A DNA stretch of 64,000 bases. Origin: a virus (taxonomy: Duplodnaviria > Caudoviricetes). The notes beneath the pieces were generated by a model, which saw only the letters and a list, made by a program, of their open reading frames with translations, searched no databases and had not been told where the DNA came from. Positions 60,786-64,000 of this stretch are shown in pieces (the stretch's first letter is position 1; each line of letters begins with the position of its first letter). The DNA is taken from IMG/VR virus record IMGVR_UViG_3300020388_000009, one strand, 5' to 3'. The translations under genes were made by a program, and so were the position numbers.

Positions 60786-63137
60786 TTATGCGTATATCCA
60801 TATTTCTTCTGTTGATCTGTTAACCCACATTTCTCCATGACGAGCATTGGCAGTACTACCAAATGTCGGAAAATTGCTTCCACCAGGATTGGTGGTTTCA
60901 ATTTGAGTGGAAGTAATGAAAGTGCTTGGCGTTTCTGATGTATCAGTTAAACTAATATTTGCTAAATTTAATCCCCATCTACCTGAACCTTCATCCCAGA
61001 AGAGATTGGCATCCGCGGCAGACCCTCTTTTAATACTTATACCAGCATCTTGATCAGGAGCATCAGAAGCATTTGTTCCATTTGCTCCAAAATTGGCATT
61101 CAGATCAATAAAATTGTCATCTATTGTCAATGTTTCAGTGTTAATGAAAGTTGTGGTTCCTTGAACGGTGAAGTTTCCGGCTACTGTTAAAGCACCTGGT
61201 ACAGAAATAGTGGTATCAGAAGTACCCATTGTTAATGTGTTGTTACCAACTGTAGCAAATATGGTATGACTTGCAGCTGTTAAGTCTAGGCCTTCTAAGC
61301 CGGCCAAGTTGGTTTCGGTGGTTCCTAATGTAATAGTGGTGGAACCAATTGTTATGGCATCCTCTGCCAAAGATGCAAGAGTTACTGTGCCCTCACCAAA
61401 CGTTGATGGATCTAATGTTATAACTGATCCGTCAATACCAAAACCGGTACCTAACACATCAACAAGTGCATTAATTATAGTTGTTTTCTTATGAAGATTA
61501 TCAGAAACATCGTATATTGCAATGTAATCGCCATCTGCAACAGTGCTTTCATTTGACAATCCATTGATATCTAATGCCAAGTTTTCTGAGCCGTCATCTT
61601 TTAAACCAGTTCCGGCAAAATCTGAAACATCTACTTTAAATACACCGCCGGCGGCAGCTATACCATTACCGGCCATAAAAGCTGCTAGATCTACAACAGA
61701 TTCTTTTTTAGTGTCGTTATCAGTAGCGCTAGTGTCTATAAATGCTATATAATCATTAGCAACATCAATAGGAACTTCAGCAACTTCAGATAAATCAACT
61801 TTTAATGCAGAATTACCGCCGCCAGTTAAACCGACACCTGCTACTGCGGTGGAAATTTCGGCTACGCCAACTGAATTGTTGGCTAATGTTATTGCTCCGC
61901 CGGCTGCAACTGCCACATCTGTAGATGCTGCATCTATATTGCTAAATATCTGATCTTCTAAATTGCTGAACTGAATTTTCTTTTCAGCACCATTATCTGA
62001 ATATATTAATAAATCGGTTTGGTCAATAGTAGTTCCTGAGTTAGACAATCCATCAATATCTAATCCAGTTGCAGAAACATTTTCTAATCCGCTACCATCA
62101 CCAGTAAATGTACCAGCTGTAATATTATCACCAGTAGTTAAACTTCCTGTAATTGTTACAGATCCAGTAAACTGATGTGATATTTCGGATGGCATTGAAC
62201 CTGAACCAAATATAGTTGAACCAGAACGAACCACTATCCGATCTTCAAATAATTCTACACCGTTAAATATAAGACTTCCGTTAACAACGGTATCTGTATT
62301 TAATTCTGTTAAAGTTTCAATGTTTAATTTAGAAGCTGTTATAGTATTAAATGTGGCTGTACCACCAAATGTATGAACGCCATTGTCTCCGCTTGCGCTC
62401 ACATTGCCAGTAGCAGTGATATTATCAAAGTTAGCTGAATCGGCTGGAGAAAATGCAGTTGATGATATACTATATACTGTACCGCCATTCGAGTTAACGG
62501 TTGGTGTTACAGTAATATTAGCGCCCGGAGCTACAATAGATGATGTGGCTGCTTTAATAGTGGCAATGGTATCATTAGTTCCAGAAAGTGTTACTGTAAC
62601 ATTTTCACCTCCAATTAATGATTTTGTCACAGCTGTAATTGTGGCAACGGTATCACTAGTTCCAGACAACGCCACAGTGACATTATCACCTGCAACAATT
62701 GATTTTGTTACAGCAGTAATTGTAGTGGAAGCTGCGGAAGGAGTTAATGTAATATTGTCGCCGGCAACAATTGATTTTGTTACTGCCTTTATTCCAAGAA
62801 AATCACCTTGCGTTGATCCTGAAACAGTTAAAGTAATATTACCGGTATTAACATATGTTATATTTGAATTTACTGATGCTGAAAGTACTGTTCCTACACC
62901 AGTAAATGTAGATGAATTATCAATTGATGTGGTTGCATATGCATGTGCTTGTGATATGGCACCGGCTACTGTTGCCTGAGTAGCTTTCTTTACATTACCA
63001 GATGCATCTACAACTAATACATTTTCGGTATTATCCGATGTATCTGCTATATTTGTTATTTGTATACCATGAGAAGCAGTTACGTGTGTTAATTCTGCAC
63101 TACTACCTGATACTATTACTTTTTTCCATTCAGCCAT
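60786..63137 (-). CDS. Fibre-like virion protein (783 aa)
   Basis: T/S/G/A-rich, TKSIVAGDN repeats, GNFTVQGTTT...DAGISIKRG...LFWDE; N-terminus shared with the giant fibre. Confidence 0.75.
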   Translation of the reverse strand: MAEWKKVIVSGSSAELTHVTASHGIQITNIADTSDNTENVLVVDASGNVKKATQATVAGAISQAHAYATTSIDNSSTFTGVGTVLSASVNSNITYVNTGNITLTVSGSTQGDFLGIKAVTKSIVAGDNITLTPSAASTTITAVTKSIVAGDNVTVALSGTSDTVATITAVTKSLIGGENVTVTLSGTNDTIATIKAATSSIVAPGANITVTPTVNSNGGTVYSISSTAFSPADSANFDNITATGNVSASGDNGVHTFGGTATFNTITASKLNIETLTELNTDTVVNGSLIFNGVELFEDRIVVRSGSTIFGSGSMPSEISHQFTGSVTITGSLTTGDNITAGTFTGDGSGLENVSATGLDIDGLSNSGTTIDQTDLLIYSDNGAEKKIQFSNLEDQIFSNIDAASTDVAVAAGGAITLANNSVGVAEISTAVAGVGLTGGGNSALKVDLSEVAEVPIDVANDYIAFIDTSATDNDTKKESVVDLAAFMAGNGIAAAGGVFKVDVSDFAGTGLKDDGSENLALDINGLSNESTVADGDYIAIYDVSDNLHKKTTIINALVDVLGTGFGIDGSVITLDPSTFGEGTVTLASLAEDAITIGSTTITLGTTETNLAGLEGLDLTAASHTIFATVGNNTLTMGTSDTTISVPGALTVAGNFTVQGTTTFINTETLTIDDNFIDLNANFGANGTNASDAPDQDAGISIKRGSAADANLFWDEGSGRWGLNLANISLTDTSETPSTFITSTQIETTNPGGSNFPTFGSTANARHGEMWVNRSTEEIWIYA

Positions 63138-63153
63138 TTTATTGTTTCCTTAT

Positions 63154-64000
63154 TTAACTATACTGTCCATCTGATCCTGTTATATATGCTGCTAATCCCG
63201 GGCTTACAGCACCTTTTGCAAAAGCGTCATTACCAACACCTGCATTTGAAAATGAAAATCCGTTCCACCTAGGTGCTGCGGTAATTACTTCTCTAGAGGA
63301 TGAATGTGCACTTACAAATGGATTTTCAAAATAATCGGTTCCAAAAACTGTGTTTCCTCGCATTCCATCTCCTGCTACATGCACAGTTCCTGATACAGGT
63401 AATCCACCTTTAAAATTACCATCTGATAATGTTGTCGGGTAATGAACTAATTGCATTGTATAATATCCACCAGATGCCGGTGCTGATAATTTATCATCTA
63501 AAAATATATGTGATCCAGATTTTATACCTTGAATACTATCTGCAAATGGTAACATCGTAACCGGTGTAATTGATCCAGATGTTCCGTATGGTCCCATTAA
63601 ACCTCCAGATCCAGATGCCCAGTATAATGTTGTACGTTTAATTGGAGAATATGCTGCAACGCTAATGTTATTATTATGCACACCTACCAATGTTTCAAAT
63701 CGTAACGAATGAAAAAATGATCCACTTGCCACTACTGTATCATATGGAAATGTTAATAATTCACGATTAGAAGCAAATAATCGATTGTTTACTGATGCTG
63801 AATTAAATAATCCGGTAAATTGGGCTTCATCACCGTCGCCAAATATATTTGCAGCAACTATAGTACTGTTAAACCCGGCTGAAGATTGTAATGTAATTGA
63901 ACCGGTTTTAGAAGCTGATGGCACACGATATTCATAATATTCAAATTTTCCGGCGTCGATGCGAGATGCAGTAGCTGATGCTAAACTTGGATTAGTTATA
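63154..64000 (-). CDS. S/G/T-rich putative virion protein (partial; frame open to right edge)
   Basis: Frame stays open upstream of the listed GTG (ITNPSLASATASRIDAGKFEYYEYRV), so the true start probably lies outside the window. Confidence 0.65.
   Translation of the reverse strand, partial: ITNPSLASATASRIDAGKFEYYEYRVPSASKTGSITLQSSAGFNSTIVAANIFGDGDEAQFTGLFNSASVNNRLFASNRELLTFPYDTVVASGSFFHSLRFETLVGVHNNNISVAAYSPIKRTTLYWASGSGGLMGPYGTSGSITPVTMLPFADSIQGIKSGSHIFLDDKLSAPASGGYYTMQLVHYPTTLSDGNFKGGLPVSGTVHVAGDGMRGNTVFGTDYFENPFVSAHSSSREVITAAPRWNGFSFSNAGVGNDAFAKGAVSPGLAAYITGSDGQYS

Noticed and set aside
54258-63137. Diversity-generating retroelement or invertible cassette acting on the fibre genes
   Set aside because: No reverse transcriptase or invertase, and no near-identical template/variable repeat pair seen; the repeats are degenerate protein-level repeats.

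Overview
A 64-kb, AT-rich segment of a large, distantly T4-like contractile-tailed dsDNA phage, probably aquatic. All credible genes are on the minus strand, densely packed, and use the standard genetic code. In transcription order (right to left): (1) ~40.2-64 kb, fibre, neck, sheath, tube, tail chaperone, tape-measure and baseplate genes; (2) ~13.6-40.2 kb, replication, nucleotide metabolism and chaperones (divergent family-A polymerase, gp32-like SSB, RecA/UvsX, 5'-3' exonuclease, DnaB, class II RNR, family-B polymerase, clamp, clamp loader, dUTPase, GroES, GroEL, Cas4-like nuclease), with a 7-deazaguanine pathway (queD, queE, folE, hpt, TGT/DpdA-family transglycosylase) woven into it; (3) 1-13.6 kb, a glycosylation and NDP-sugar island of about 16 genes. 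The best candidate for an undescribed system is a separately promoted cassette (139-aa unknown, GT-B glycosyltransferase, Zn-less TGT/DpdA) between PolB and the clamp, with no queC/queF in the window. It may encode a sugar-decorated or otherwise non-canonical deazaguanine DNA modification. Other signals read directly from the sequence: two intergenic motif classes (sigma70-like TTGGTW-N17-TATATT, four copies positioned for leaderless or near-leaderless mRNA, and a late-type ATATTTAT), a +1/-2 frameshift site in the tail chaperone, an internally duplicated capsid-targeting-like leader, and an unlisted 54-aa ORF. All functional calls come from recognising motifs by eye; no database search was run.
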